DNA from: Nitrospirota bacterium
GTDB taxonomy: Bacteria; Nitrospirota; UBA9217
Direction: 5' to 3'
NCBI GenBank assembly: GCA_963663225.1
Contig: OY760142.1
Coordinates: forward strand, 960,001 to 1,024,000
Length of the DNA: 64,000 nt
The notes beneath the pieces were generated by a model, which had not been told where the DNA came from, made no database searches, and saw only the letters and a program-made list of their open reading frames with translations. Below, one piece after another: positions 1 to 8,692 of this stretch (the stretch's first letter is position 1; each line of letters starts with the position of its first letter). The translations under genes were made by a program, and so were the position numbers.

Positions 1-127
1 CCGCGTCAAAGCATCGGGCGGAATCAGAAACCTTGCAACACTCACCGCCATGGTGGAGGCAGGTGCAGAACGGATCGGAACCAGTGCGGGTCCAGCAATC
101 ATGGAAGAATACATCGCGGCAAGCTGA
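1..127 (+). CDS. deoC: Deoxyribose-phosphate aldolase, C-terminal fragment (5' truncated by window)
   Basis: Frame 2 reads [10 protein letters not shown]...[11 protein letters not shown]...stop 125-127; KASGGIR and RIGTS are DeoC signature motifs. Confidence 0.9.
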   Translation, partial: RVKASGGIRNLATLTAMVEAGAERIGTSAGPAIMEEYIAAS

Positions 128-178
128 TTTTATACCGCATTTTTTTCTGCACCATACACAGTACCAGAAGGATGGAGC

Positions 179-1087
179 ATGAAGGATTTTATTCTCAGGT
201 TTTTTTCTCCGGAACAGCGTTTAAAGACTCTAGCCGGATTGGGCATCGTAGTCATCGGAGCCGCCTTGATCGGTCTGCTGGGCTACAGCCTGATTACGCG
301 CTCATCCGTCGTAACGCAGATGCAGATCGCTGAAGGCTGGAAAACCGCCAATCTGACAATTGCTGACCATATGATCCAGCAAAAAGAGAACTTCTGGAAA
401 GTGGCAAGAAAATACGGGGTGGACATAGATACAATCGTAGCCGCGAACCCGGAGCTTGAAAAATTGAACGCCGCACGAGGCCAGACAATCCGCGTGCCGA
501 ATCAAAAAGGCGTGCTTCACAAGACCACAGAGCAGGAAACGCTGCCAATGCTGATGGCATTATATAATGTTCCTGCTGACAGAATTTCCTCCCTGAACAA
601 CATCGGGCCTGACTGCACTCTGGCTCCGGGTCTTGAAGTATTCATCCCCGGAGCAAAGCCGAAAAAAATATCCAATCAAATGGCTTCACAATTCAGCCTG
701 CGCGGTATTTTTGCATCGCCGCTGCCGGGCAGAATTACTTCCGGCATGGGGATGAGAAAGCATCCGGTCGGCGGTTTCCGCGGCAGGCACACCGGCATTG
801 ATTTATCGGCGCGGGTAGGCACAAGCATTGCCGCTGCAGCGGCGGGCACGGTCAGCCAGACAGGTGAAGGAGAATACATCGGAAAATTTGTCATGATTTC
901 CCACAGCGACTCCTACACGACAATCTATGGCCATTGTTCCCAGATACTGGTGACGCCCGGGAAACCGGTAAAAAAAGGGCAGATTATTGCGAAATCCGGC
1001 CAGACCGGACGGGTGACGGGCCCGCACCTTCATTTTGAAATACGGAAAAACGGCATTCCCCAGAATCCGCTGAAATATCTCTGGTAG
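179..1087 (+). CDS. LysM-domain M23 family peptidoglycan endopeptidase
   Basis: N-terminal TM helix, two LysM-like repeats, M23 motifs HTGID and HLHFE. Confidence 0.9.
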   Translation: MKDFILRFFSPEQRLKTLAGLGIVVIGAALIGLLGYSLITRSSVVTQMQIAEGWKTANLTIADHMIQQKENFWKVARKYGVDIDTIVAANPELEKLNAARGQTIRVPNQKGVLHKTTEQETLPMLMALYNVPADRISSLNNIGPDCTLAPGLEVFIPGAKPKKISNQMASQFSLRGIFASPLPGRITSGMGMRKHPVGGFRGRHTGIDLSARVGTSIAAAAAGTVSQTGEGEYIGKFVMISHSDSYTTIYGHCSQILVTPGKPVKKGQIIAKSGQTGRVTGPHLHFEIRKNGIPQNPLKYLW

Positions 1088-1129
1088 GCTGCCCTGAAAG
1101 CCAGTTGTTGATCTTTCTGCCTGAATTGA

Positions 1130-1166
1130 AAAGCCGGCGTCTGTAAAAACGCCGGCTTTATTTTTT
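1130..1166. terminator. Probable bidirectional intrinsic terminator between convergent M23 gene and lpxC
   Basis: Perfect 11-bp stem AAAGCCGGCGT (1130-1140) / ACGCCGGCTTT (1149-1159), followed by a T-run. Confidence 0.8.
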
Positions 1167-1195
1167 ACCACGGGATGTCAAGACAGCATGCAATC

Positions 1196-2113
1196 CTAGA
1201 CGGTTGCGTGCTGAAGAAGGTGAAGGGACATCTCTGCCTGCCGTTTTTCTTCGACCGCCGACGCTCCCAGTACTATCCAGCTCTGCGGGCTGTTTAAAAG
1301 CTTGCCGACCATCTGAGAGTTCAGTCCATGTCCGGATTTATGGGCGACAATATGTCCGATGATCGGCATTCCCACAAGCGCCAGGTCGCCGATCAGATCG
1401 AGAATCTTGTGCCGCACGAATTCGTTTTTATAGCGCAGACCCTCTTTATTTACCACGGAGTCTTCGGTAAGCGCCACCGCATTGTCCAGGGACGCACCCT
1501 TGGCCAGACCGTTGGCCTGAAGGGTCTTTACATCGCTCAGGAACCCGAAGGTCCGGGCATCTGAGATCTCCCGCAGAAAAGCGTTTTCAGACAGCGCATA
1601 CTGCATGCTCTGCTCTTTGAGCATGGGATGGTTGAAGTCGATGAAGTACGAGATGCTTGTTTCATCGGTCGGCCAGATGGCAATCTGTTTGTTGCCGTCA
1701 CGCACGTAAAGCGGCTTGATGACCTTGAGCACCTGCTGGACCGCTTCCTGCGTCTGGATGCCGGCGTCGGCAATGAGGCGAATAAACGGTCTGGCGCTGC
1801 CGTCCATGATCGGGACTTCATCAGCATTGATCTCGACGGAGACGTTGTCGATGTTCAGTCCGGCAAAAGCCGCGAGCAGATGCTCGACCGTTTTTACAGA
1901 CACGCCGTTGCTGCTGAGCGTTGTGGCGTAGCTTGTCGTTCCGATGTTCGCCGCAACAGCTCTTACCGCCGCATTGCCGATGTCGGTGCGGATGAACACC
2001 ACGCCGGAGTCAATCGGAGCGGGCTTTATGATCATTTTTACCGGCTTGCCGGTATGAAGGCCGATGCCTTCGCATGAGATACTGTTCCGCAGGGTCCGTT
2101 GAAATCTTATCAT
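1196..2113 (-). CDS. lpxC: UDP-3-O-acyl-N-acetylglucosamine deacetylase
   Basis: QRTL, GIGLHTG, TVEHLLAA, ARTFGF, RHKILDLIGDL, GH motifs. Confidence 0.97.
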   Translation of the reverse strand: MIRFQRTLRNSISCEGIGLHTGKPVKMIIKPAPIDSGVVFIRTDIGNAAVRAVAANIGTTSYATTLSSNGVSVKTVEHLLAAFAGLNIDNVSVEINADEVPIMDGSARPFIRLIADAGIQTQEAVQQVLKVIKPLYVRDGNKQIAIWPTDETSISYFIDFNHPMLKEQSMQYALSENAFLREISDARTFGFLSDVKTLQANGLAKGASLDNAVALTEDSVVNKEGLRYKNEFVRHKILDLIGDLALVGMPIIGHIVAHKSGHGLNSQMVGKLLNSPQSWIVLGASAVEEKRQAEMSLHLLQHATV

Positions 2114-2141
2114 AATGTCTTCCTCTCTTGATTTTGATCAT

Positions 2142-2267
2142 AGCAATTGAAATGCCAATTTTTTATGTAAAAAATATGTTTATAATCAATATATTATTAT
2201 TTCAGAACGTCTAATTACTGTGGTAAAAAAACAACTTATCATGATGCTGTGTAGTTAAAATGCAACA
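2142..2267 (-). promoter_or_regulatory. Sigma-54 promoter of lpxC with IHF site and two putative enhancer sites
   Basis: Minus strand TTGGCATTTCAATTGCT (GG-N10-GC, 2142-2158); IHF consensus AATCAA-TATA-TTA (2184-2196); related 18-mers at 2219-2236 and 2250-2267. Confidence 0.7.
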
Positions 2268-2539
2268 ATGATCTTTATGAGAAGAATGAAGATGCTTTTC
2301 AGGGGAACGTGAAAACAGTGTTGCGGTTTAATATTTTCACGCGGCAATACGCAGCAGCAATGAGGATTTGCTGATATTTTCAGGTACCGTGTGCAATCCA
2401 TCTCACAAGCGGATTTGTATGATTTTTGCTTTCCGAGCGCAAATGCTTTTCTTTGTTTTTCATTGACATATCAAGTCCAGGTGTGCTAAATTTTTTTAAC
2501 AGAGCACGGTATAGAGAATCTCAGTATGATGGAGTGAAC

Positions 2540-3268
2540 ATGGAACCGAAGCTCGATGAGTTGTACAAGCAGGGAATTGAAGCGTTTGAAAAAAATGAGT
2601 ATAAGGCTGCAGAGGACTTATTTAAGGAGCTCCTGAATATCAACCCGAATTTTGCCGACATTCAGAATAAACTGGGAATCATCTACAATCAGACGAACCG
2701 GCTTGCGCTCGCTGCCCGCACTTTTGAGAAAGCCCTGGAATTGAACCCGGAATACACTGAAGCGTCTCTCAACCTCGCCATTACCTACGGTGATTTGGGC
2801 AAATACGAAAAATCCCGCGAAGTCTTTGAGCGGGCGGCCCGCTTCGCCAAATCCGCCGGAAAAAATACCGAAGCACCCAGCCCCACCATTGATCCGTTCA
2901 TCAAAGGAAAACTGTCTGCAGAACACCTGCGGGTCGGAAACATGTATTATCAACTCGGCCTTCTCGATGAAGCAATTGAGGAATACCAGAAAGCCCTGCG
3001 TCTCTCGCCCGGCTTCGTCGATATCATCACGCAAATGGGCATCGCGCTCAGAGACAAGGGCAGATACGATGAAGCCGTTTGGCAGTTCAACAAAGCCAAA
3101 GAGTACAACCCTCGTTATATTCCGGCTCGTTTGCATCTCGGCATTACATATTACTCTCAAGGTTTTCTTGGACTGGCCGAGGAAGAATGGAGAGAGGCGC
3201 TCGTATTTGACCCCGATAATTCCGCGGTAAGAACCTACTTGCATTTTGTAAAACCTGAAGAATCCTGA
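2540..3268 (+). CDS. Tetratricopeptide repeat protein
   Basis: About 6 TPR repeats; start moved to ATG 2540 after GGAG; TTGACA at 2463 upstream. Confidence 0.85.
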   Translation: MEPKLDELYKQGIEAFEKNEYKAAEDLFKELLNINPNFADIQNKLGIIYNQTNRLALAARTFEKALELNPEYTEASLNLAITYGDLGKYEKSREVFERAARFAKSAGKNTEAPSPTIDPFIKGKLSAEHLRVGNMYYQLGLLDEAIEEYQKALRLSPGFVDIITQMGIALRDKGRYDEAVWQFNKAKEYNPRYIPARLHLGITYYSQGFLGLAEEEWREALVFDPDNSAVRTYLHFVKPEES

Positions 3269-3282
3269 CCGGAGTCTCGCCG

Positions 3283-4242
3283 TTGGACCTACTCAGCATA
3301 CAAGGCCTTACCACGCTCTTTCATACCAGAGCAGGCAATCTTAAAGCGGTCGACAATCTCAGCCTCGCGCTGCAAAAGGGGCGCATCCTCGGACTGGTGG
3401 GTGAATCCGGATGCGGGAAAACAGTGACCGCGCTTTCCATTTTGAACCTCGTTCCTCCTCCCGGCAGGATTGTCGCCGGTAAAATTTTTTTTGAAGGCCG
3501 GGATCTTCTTCAACTCCCCCCAGAAGAAATGAGATCGATTCGCGGCGCGCGAATTTCGATGATTTTTCAGGAGCCGATGACGGCGCTCAATCCCGTTTTC
3601 ACGGTGGGAAACCAGATCATCGAAGTAATAACCACACACTCAACCGTCCCGAAGAAGGAAGCAATGGCCTCGGCCATTGATCTTTTGCAGTCCGTCGGCA
3701 TCCCCTCACCGGAAAAGCGGGTGCATGAGTATCCGCACCAGCTTTCCGGCGGCATGCGCCAACGCGTGATGATCGCCATGGCCATCGCGTGCAAGCCGTC
3801 TCTCATCCTTGCGGACGAGCCCACAACCGCGCTTGACGTCACGATCCAGGCGCACATTCTGGCCCTGCTGTGCAGGCTTCAGGCGGAAATGGACATGGCG
3901 ATGGTTCTGGTCACGCATGATCTCGGCCTGATTGCCGAGCGCGCCCACGAAGTGGCGGTTATGTATGCAGGCAGAATAGTCGAGCAGGCGGAAACCCGGG
4001 AGCTTTTTGAGAACCCATTGCATCCCTATACGAAAGGTCTGCTGGCTTCTGTCCCCAAACCGGGCCGGAACGGCAAAAAGCGTCTGAGCACGATTGCCGG
4101 ATCCGTGCCGCAGCTTTCCGACCTGCCCGCAGGGTGCAAATTTATCACCCGGTGCGATATCAAGACAGCCCAATGCGTAACGGAACCGGAACTCATCGAG
4201 ATAACACCCGGGCACTTGATACGATGCTGGGAAGCTCCATAA
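3283..4242 (+). CDS. Peptide/nickel ABC transporter ATP-binding subunit (OppD/DppD-like)
   Basis: GESGCGKT, LSGGMRQR, ADEPTTALD, HPYT and C-terminal Cys motif. Confidence 0.93.
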   Translation: MDLLSIQGLTTLFHTRAGNLKAVDNLSLALQKGRILGLVGESGCGKTVTALSILNLVPPPGRIVAGKIFFEGRDLLQLPPEEMRSIRGARISMIFQEPMTALNPVFTVGNQIIEVITTHSTVPKKEAMASAIDLLQSVGIPSPEKRVHEYPHQLSGGMRQRVMIAMAIACKPSLILADEPTTALDVTIQAHILALLCRLQAEMDMAMVLVTHDLGLIAERAHEVAVMYAGRIVEQAETRELFENPLHPYTKGLLASVPKPGRNGKKRLSTIAGSVPQLSDLPAGCKFITRCDIKTAQCVTEPELIEITPGHLIRCWEAP

Positions 4243-4309
4243 AAAGAAGGACGCCCGGATGCAGCTTCACGCAGCAGCATTGCATTCCGCGCTTCTCAAT
4301 GAAATCGAC

Positions 4310-5272
4310 ATGCCGAATGAACTTGTTGTCATAAACAATATATACAAATCATTCCCCGTAAAGGCTGGGCTGGGAAAAACGCTTGAAGCGAAGGCCGTGG
4401 ACGGCGTAAGCCTGTCCGTGGGCCGGGGAGAGGCCGTCGGCCTGGTCGGTGAAAGCGGTTGCGGCAAATCAACACTCGGCAGACTTGCGCTCAGGCTGCT
4501 GGAGCCTTCAGCGGGGGAGGTTTTTTTTGAAAACCAGAATCTGGGGTTGCTCGGCAAAAAGGACCTCAGAGCACTGCGCAGGAAGATGCAGATCATTTTC
4601 CAGGACCCTTTTGCGTCCCTGAACCCCCGCATGAGCGTTCAGGAAATCATCACCGAGCCGCTGGTAATTCACGGGCTGGCACAAAAAAATGAACTGCCGG
4701 GGCGCGGCGCCGAGCTTCTTGAAAAAGTCGGGCTCGCTCCTGAAGCGCTCAACCGCTATCCGCACGAATTTTCAGGAGGCCAGCGCCAGCGGATCGGCAT
4801 TGCACGGGCATTGGCAAGCGGCCCCTCTTTCATCGTCGCCGACGAGCCGGTCTCCGCGCTCGATGTTTCGGTCCAGGCGCAGATCATCAACCTGCTCGAC
4901 GATTTGCGGGAGGCTCTGAAGCTGTCCTTCCTGTTCATCGCCCATGACCTGAACATCGTGCGGCATTTTTCGGACCGCGTGGCAGTGATGTATCTTGGAA
5001 AAATTATGGAGAGTGCCCCGGCCGAGGAAATATACCGGAACCCGTCGCATCCTTACACCGAGGCATTGCTTGCCGACATCCCGGTGGCGGACCCGACCGT
5101 GCGAAAAAAGCACATCCTCCTGCGCGGAGACATCCCGAGCCCTACCCAGGTCCCTGCCGGATGCCGTTTCCACACACGCTGTATTCACCGTTTTGAACCC
5201 TGCGATAAGATTGTACCCCGCACAACCGACCTCGGGAATGGCCACTTCGTTGACTGTCACCTGAGGGGATAA
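4310..5272 (+). CDS. Peptide ABC transporter ATP-binding subunit (OppF/DppF-like)
   Basis: GESGCGKS, FSGGQRQR, ADEPVSALD, HPYT, GCRFHTRC; start taken as MPNEL. Confidence 0.93.
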   Translation: MPNELVVINNIYKSFPVKAGLGKTLEAKAVDGVSLSVGRGEAVGLVGESGCGKSTLGRLALRLLEPSAGEVFFENQNLGLLGKKDLRALRRKMQIIFQDPFASLNPRMSVQEIITEPLVIHGLAQKNELPGRGAELLEKVGLAPEALNRYPHEFSGGQRQRIGIARALASGPSFIVADEPVSALDVSVQAQIINLLDDLREALKLSFLFIAHDLNIVRHFSDRVAVMYLGKIMESAPAEEIYRNPSHPYTEALLADIPVADPTVRKKHILLRGDIPSPTQVPAGCRFHTRCIHRFEPCDKIVPRTTDLGNGHFVDCHLRG

Positions 5273-5388
5273 GACCGGAAGGAAATACCGCGAAGAACAC
5301 AAGAACCGATTGCCCGCGGGAGAAAAGCCCGGCGCGCGCCATCTCCTTGCACAATTGTCAACAACGAACAACCGGACAGCACAGCCGG

Positions 5389-6663
5389 CTATGACGCGAG
5401 AACATACTCACCATTGCCGGGGATGCGTTTCTCCGCCGCCTCTTTGCTCACCGTCGCAGGATCAAGGGGGGCAAACCCCGTCACGTCGACGTTCCGGAGA
5501 TGGGGAAGGATCTGCTGTTCCTTGTATTCACCGTTCAGTTCCTTGCGCAGGATGTTGAAAAATGTAGTGGTAATCCTTGAGTCAAACTGCGTGCCGTTGC
5601 ATCTCATTACTTCGCGGAAGGCATCGCTGAGCGCCATCTTTCCCCGATATGGCCGGTCCGTGGTCATTGCGTCGAAAGCGTCTGCAAGAGTAAGAATTTT
5701 CACTCCATCACTCAATTCGGAGGACATCAGTGCGTCAGGATATCCCTTGCCATCGACCCGTTCATGATGATGACGGACAAAATACTCGACATTTTTCCAC
5801 GGGAATTTGACTTTGGAAAGAATATTGTAGGATATCTGGGGGTGCCTTTTTATTTCATGTATTTCCGGCGTCGTCAGCTTTTCACCCTTGTTGATGATGT
5901 CATGGTCTATAATTATTTTTCCGATGTCATGCAGCAGGCCCGCCACGTAAAGCCCTTCTACTTCGTTTTTCTTCCATCCCAGTTCCCGGGCAATGGCCAC
6001 CGCGTAGCATGCCACCCGGAAGGAATGGTCCTTCGTATAATCGTCCTTTGCGTCGATGGCGGCGGCAAACGCCTGGATGGTATCGTGATAGATCCGCTGC
6101 ATGCTGGTATAGAGCCTTCTGTTTTCAGAGGCTTTCTTGGCGAGTTCGAGGAACAGCCGTGCGTTGTGCAGGGTAATGGCCATTTGATGCGCGATGACCC
6201 TGAGAACGTCCTTGTCTCCCGCATGGAAGGGCGATCCGCCGAGTTTCCTGCCGAGTGCTATGGCACCGACGAACTCCCCCTTGGCAAAGAGCGGAATGAA
6301 CATCCTGGTTTGCAGTTTGGTGAATATCTCGCTGTTCTTCCGGAAAAAAGCCGTCTTGCTCATATCGCGAACGGCCTGCGGTTCGTTCATGCGAAACCGG
6401 TTGATATATTCGCGCAAAACGGACAGCTTCATCTCCTTTTTGACCTTGTCCCGGTAGCCCTTCTCTACAATGGGGTCGAGGCTTTTTCGCTGCGGATGAT
6501 AAATAAACAATGCGGCGGTGGGTACGGAGAATATCCCGGTCATGACGTAGAGCGCAGCTTTCATTTTTTCCGCCAGTTCTTTTGCAGAACTGACCTCCTG
6601 GCCCAGATCAACCAGCGACTCTATGCAGAACATCAACCGTTTGAGCTGCACTTTCTTGTTCAT
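5389..6663 (-). CDS. GAF + HD-GYP c-di-GMP phosphodiesterase
   Basis: GAF-like N-terminus; HDIGK, HHERVDGKGYP, ADAFDAMTTDRPYR. Confidence 0.9.
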   Translation of the reverse strand: MNKKVQLKRLMFCIESLVDLGQEVSSAKELAEKMKAALYVMTGIFSVPTAALFIYHPQRKSLDPIVEKGYRDKVKKEMKLSVLREYINRFRMNEPQAVRDMSKTAFFRKNSEIFTKLQTRMFIPLFAKGEFVGAIALGRKLGGSPFHAGDKDVLRVIAHQMAITLHNARLFLELAKKASENRRLYTSMQRIYHDTIQAFAAAIDAKDDYTKDHSFRVACYAVAIARELGWKKNEVEGLYVAGLLHDIGKIIIDHDIINKGEKLTTPEIHEIKRHPQISYNILSKVKFPWKNVEYFVRHHHERVDGKGYPDALMSSELSDGVKILTLADAFDAMTTDRPYRGKMALSDAFREVMRCNGTQFDSRITTTFFNILRKELNGEYKEQQILPHLRNVDVTGFAPLDPATVSKEAAEKRIPGNGEYVLAS

Positions 6664-6666
6664 GTG

Positions 6667-7020
6667 TTAACCTCTTCCTTTTAAAAAAATAAGAGCTTCT
6701 TCTTCGTCCTTAAAAACCCTGACGTGCTTCGTCAAGCCCACCATTTCGAAAACATCAAGGTGGATTTTTTTCATATTCGTAAAGCACAGCAGGCTTTCGT
6801 GCTCCTGGGTCCTGTGCACGATGCCCGTGAAAATGGACAATCCGATCGTGTTGATGAACTGCACATCGGAAAAATTTACGACGAACTTTCTCACACCTTT
6901 TCCGAGAAACTGTTCGCTGGTCTGTTCAAGGCGGATCGCTCCCAGATCGTTGATATACCCTTTGGGTGTCATGACGGCGACATCCTGCGCCGATTTTGAG
7001 GTTAAAGTAAAGTTATTCAT
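6667..7020 (-). CDS. STAS-domain anti-sigma-factor antagonist (RsbV/SpoIIAA-like)
   Basis: 117 aa; NFSDVQFINTIGL phospho-loop region, VFEMVGL, F..EEEA C-terminus. Confidence 0.85.
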   Translation of the reverse strand: MNNFTLTSKSAQDVAVMTPKGYINDLGAIRLEQTSEQFLGKGVRKFVVNFSDVQFINTIGLSIFTGIVHRTQEHESLLCFTNMKKIHLDVFEMVGLTKHVRVFKDEEEALIFLKGRG

Positions 7021-8692
7021 TGGTTATTGCGTCCTCCTTTTGCTCCCGCGCGGCTTTATCAAGATGTTTGATAAGGACCGTTTTTATGCCCCGTGTTGTC
7101 TTTTCAAATTTCACATCATCGGCGAACCGTTTCATCAGCTTGATTCCCCATCCTCTGCCGGAGGTCTTTGCGGCTTCCCTGCCGCCAAAAGGCTCTCCGG
7201 TTTCCTGCACAATAAATTCCTGCCCGGAGCTTTCGATGGAGACTTCCAGTCGCCCTTCATCCGCGACAATGCTCACATATACTTTTCGCTCCGCCCCTCT
7301 GCTGTGCTCCATGGCGTTGATGCAGGCTTCAATAACCGCTATCTGCAGCTGTCCGGTGATGTCCTGGCTGAGATGCAGATTTTTTCCTATCTGATCGATG
7401 CACTGAGCCGCCACCAGTTCCGCTTCCTTGGTCATCGGCAGGGTCAAATCAAAGCGGCTGACTCCCGATTTTTCAGGGAGCAGCCGTTCCATAAGCTCCC
7501 GTTCAAGATCATGCGCGGATTTTGCGAGGACTTCTTTCAGATAGAGGCAGTCGATAATGTCATGCAGCACGTTGTCTTCCACAGGCCGGAACACGCCGAA
7601 TTCTCCCTGAATAATGCCCGCACGGTACAGGGTGTGCGCGAGCGTTTCCGCCTGGTTCTCGGTCATCGAAAATGTTGCGGCTATGCGGCTGCAGGAAAAC
7701 GGCTCTTTCGCATGATATATCTTATAACTTACTGCGATGGCGTGCTTTCGTTTTCCCAGATCCTGAAAAAAGCCCTTCAGGACCGACGACCAGTACAGCG
7801 CAAGCCCTCCCTCAGTGATTTCCTTGATGTAGACACCCCACAACTCCTTGTTGCCGGGGTCTTTTTTCAGGGCGAGCGCTTTGCCGATGCACTCTAGGTA
7901 AAAGGGATTTCCTCCGAGGTGACGTATGAGGAGGGGAGGCATTTCAGTATCAAGATTATGCACACGGAGAATGGCCTGCGCTCTGGACGCTGCATCCGCA
8001 AGATCAAGCGGGGTGAGGGAGAACCGTTCGAGGGAATTCGTAACCGGCATCTCCCGGAGTTCTGCGGCGTTGCCCGTAATCACGTGCAGCGCTTTACTGA
8101 GCGAAAACGGCTTCTCAAAAAGGGAAACCAAGTGAGGATCTTCGGCTCCGTGTATGGAAAGCCCCTGCAATCGCTGAAATTCATCGAATAAAACGGCAAC
8201 CGGCATGCCGCTCAGAAGCGCCGACCGGTAGGGGGCGGCAAGCGCAATCCTGAGCGCACCGATGGGATCGCTGCTGTTCTGCTCGTACTGCTGCAGAATT
8301 TCCTTTGCCCAGGCTGCGTCGCGGTCTTCCAGAAGCATTGACAAATCCGCGAGCGAGGTGCCATCGCGCCAGAACAACGACTGCTCTTTTTTCTCGAAGG
8401 CGATCCGTTGATACAGGAACTGCATCAGGTACGTTTTGGAAAACGTTTCCGCAGACAGCAGTGCGGGATTGGCGACATAATAAAAAGGAGCGACATGGTC
8501 TTGCTTCCAGAAGAGCAGGCCGAACAGCTGCTTCAGCAGCTCTGTTTTGCCGATGCCTCTCGATCCGGACAGAACAATGCCCGCTCCCGCACCGGCATCG
8601 GCCTGCAGGACTTTGTTGAACAAAAACGTCAACTCCTCCTGCCGTCCCGAAAATTCATTATCTGAAAGCGTGCTGAATGGCATATCAGGCAA
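7013..8692 (-). CDS. P-loop (STAND-like) NTPase fused to RsbW-like HATPase domain
   Basis: FSGRQEEL, Walker A GSRGIGKT, Walker B VLFDEFQ, GGNPFYL; C-terminal EACINAMEH N-box and GRGWGIKLM G2-box. Confidence 0.75.
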   Translation of the reverse strand: MPDMPFSTLSDNEFSGRQEELTFLFNKVLQADAGAGAGIVLSGSRGIGKTELLKQLFGLLFWKQDHVAPFYYVANPALLSAETFSKTYLMQFLYQRIAFEKKEQSLFWRDGTSLADLSMLLEDRDAAWAKEILQQYEQNSSDPIGALRIALAAPYRSALLSGMPVAVLFDEFQRLQGLSIHGAEDPHLVSLFEKPFSLSKALHVITGNAAELREMPVTNSLERFSLTPLDLADAASRAQAILRVHNLDTEMPPLLIRHLGGNPFYLECIGKALALKKDPGNKELWGVYIKEITEGGLALYWSSVLKGFFQDLGKRKHAIAVSYKIYHAKEPFSCSRIAATFSMTENQAETLAHTLYRAGIIQGEFGVFRPVEDNVLHDIIDCLYLKEVLAKSAHDLERELMERLLPEKSGVSRFDLTLPMTKEAELVAAQCIDQIGKNLHLSQDITGQLQIAVIEACINAMEHSRGAERKVYVSIVADEGRLEVSIESSGQEFIVQETGEPFGGREAAKTSGRGWGIKLMKRFADDVKFEKTTRGIKTVLIKHLDKAAREQKEDAITNE

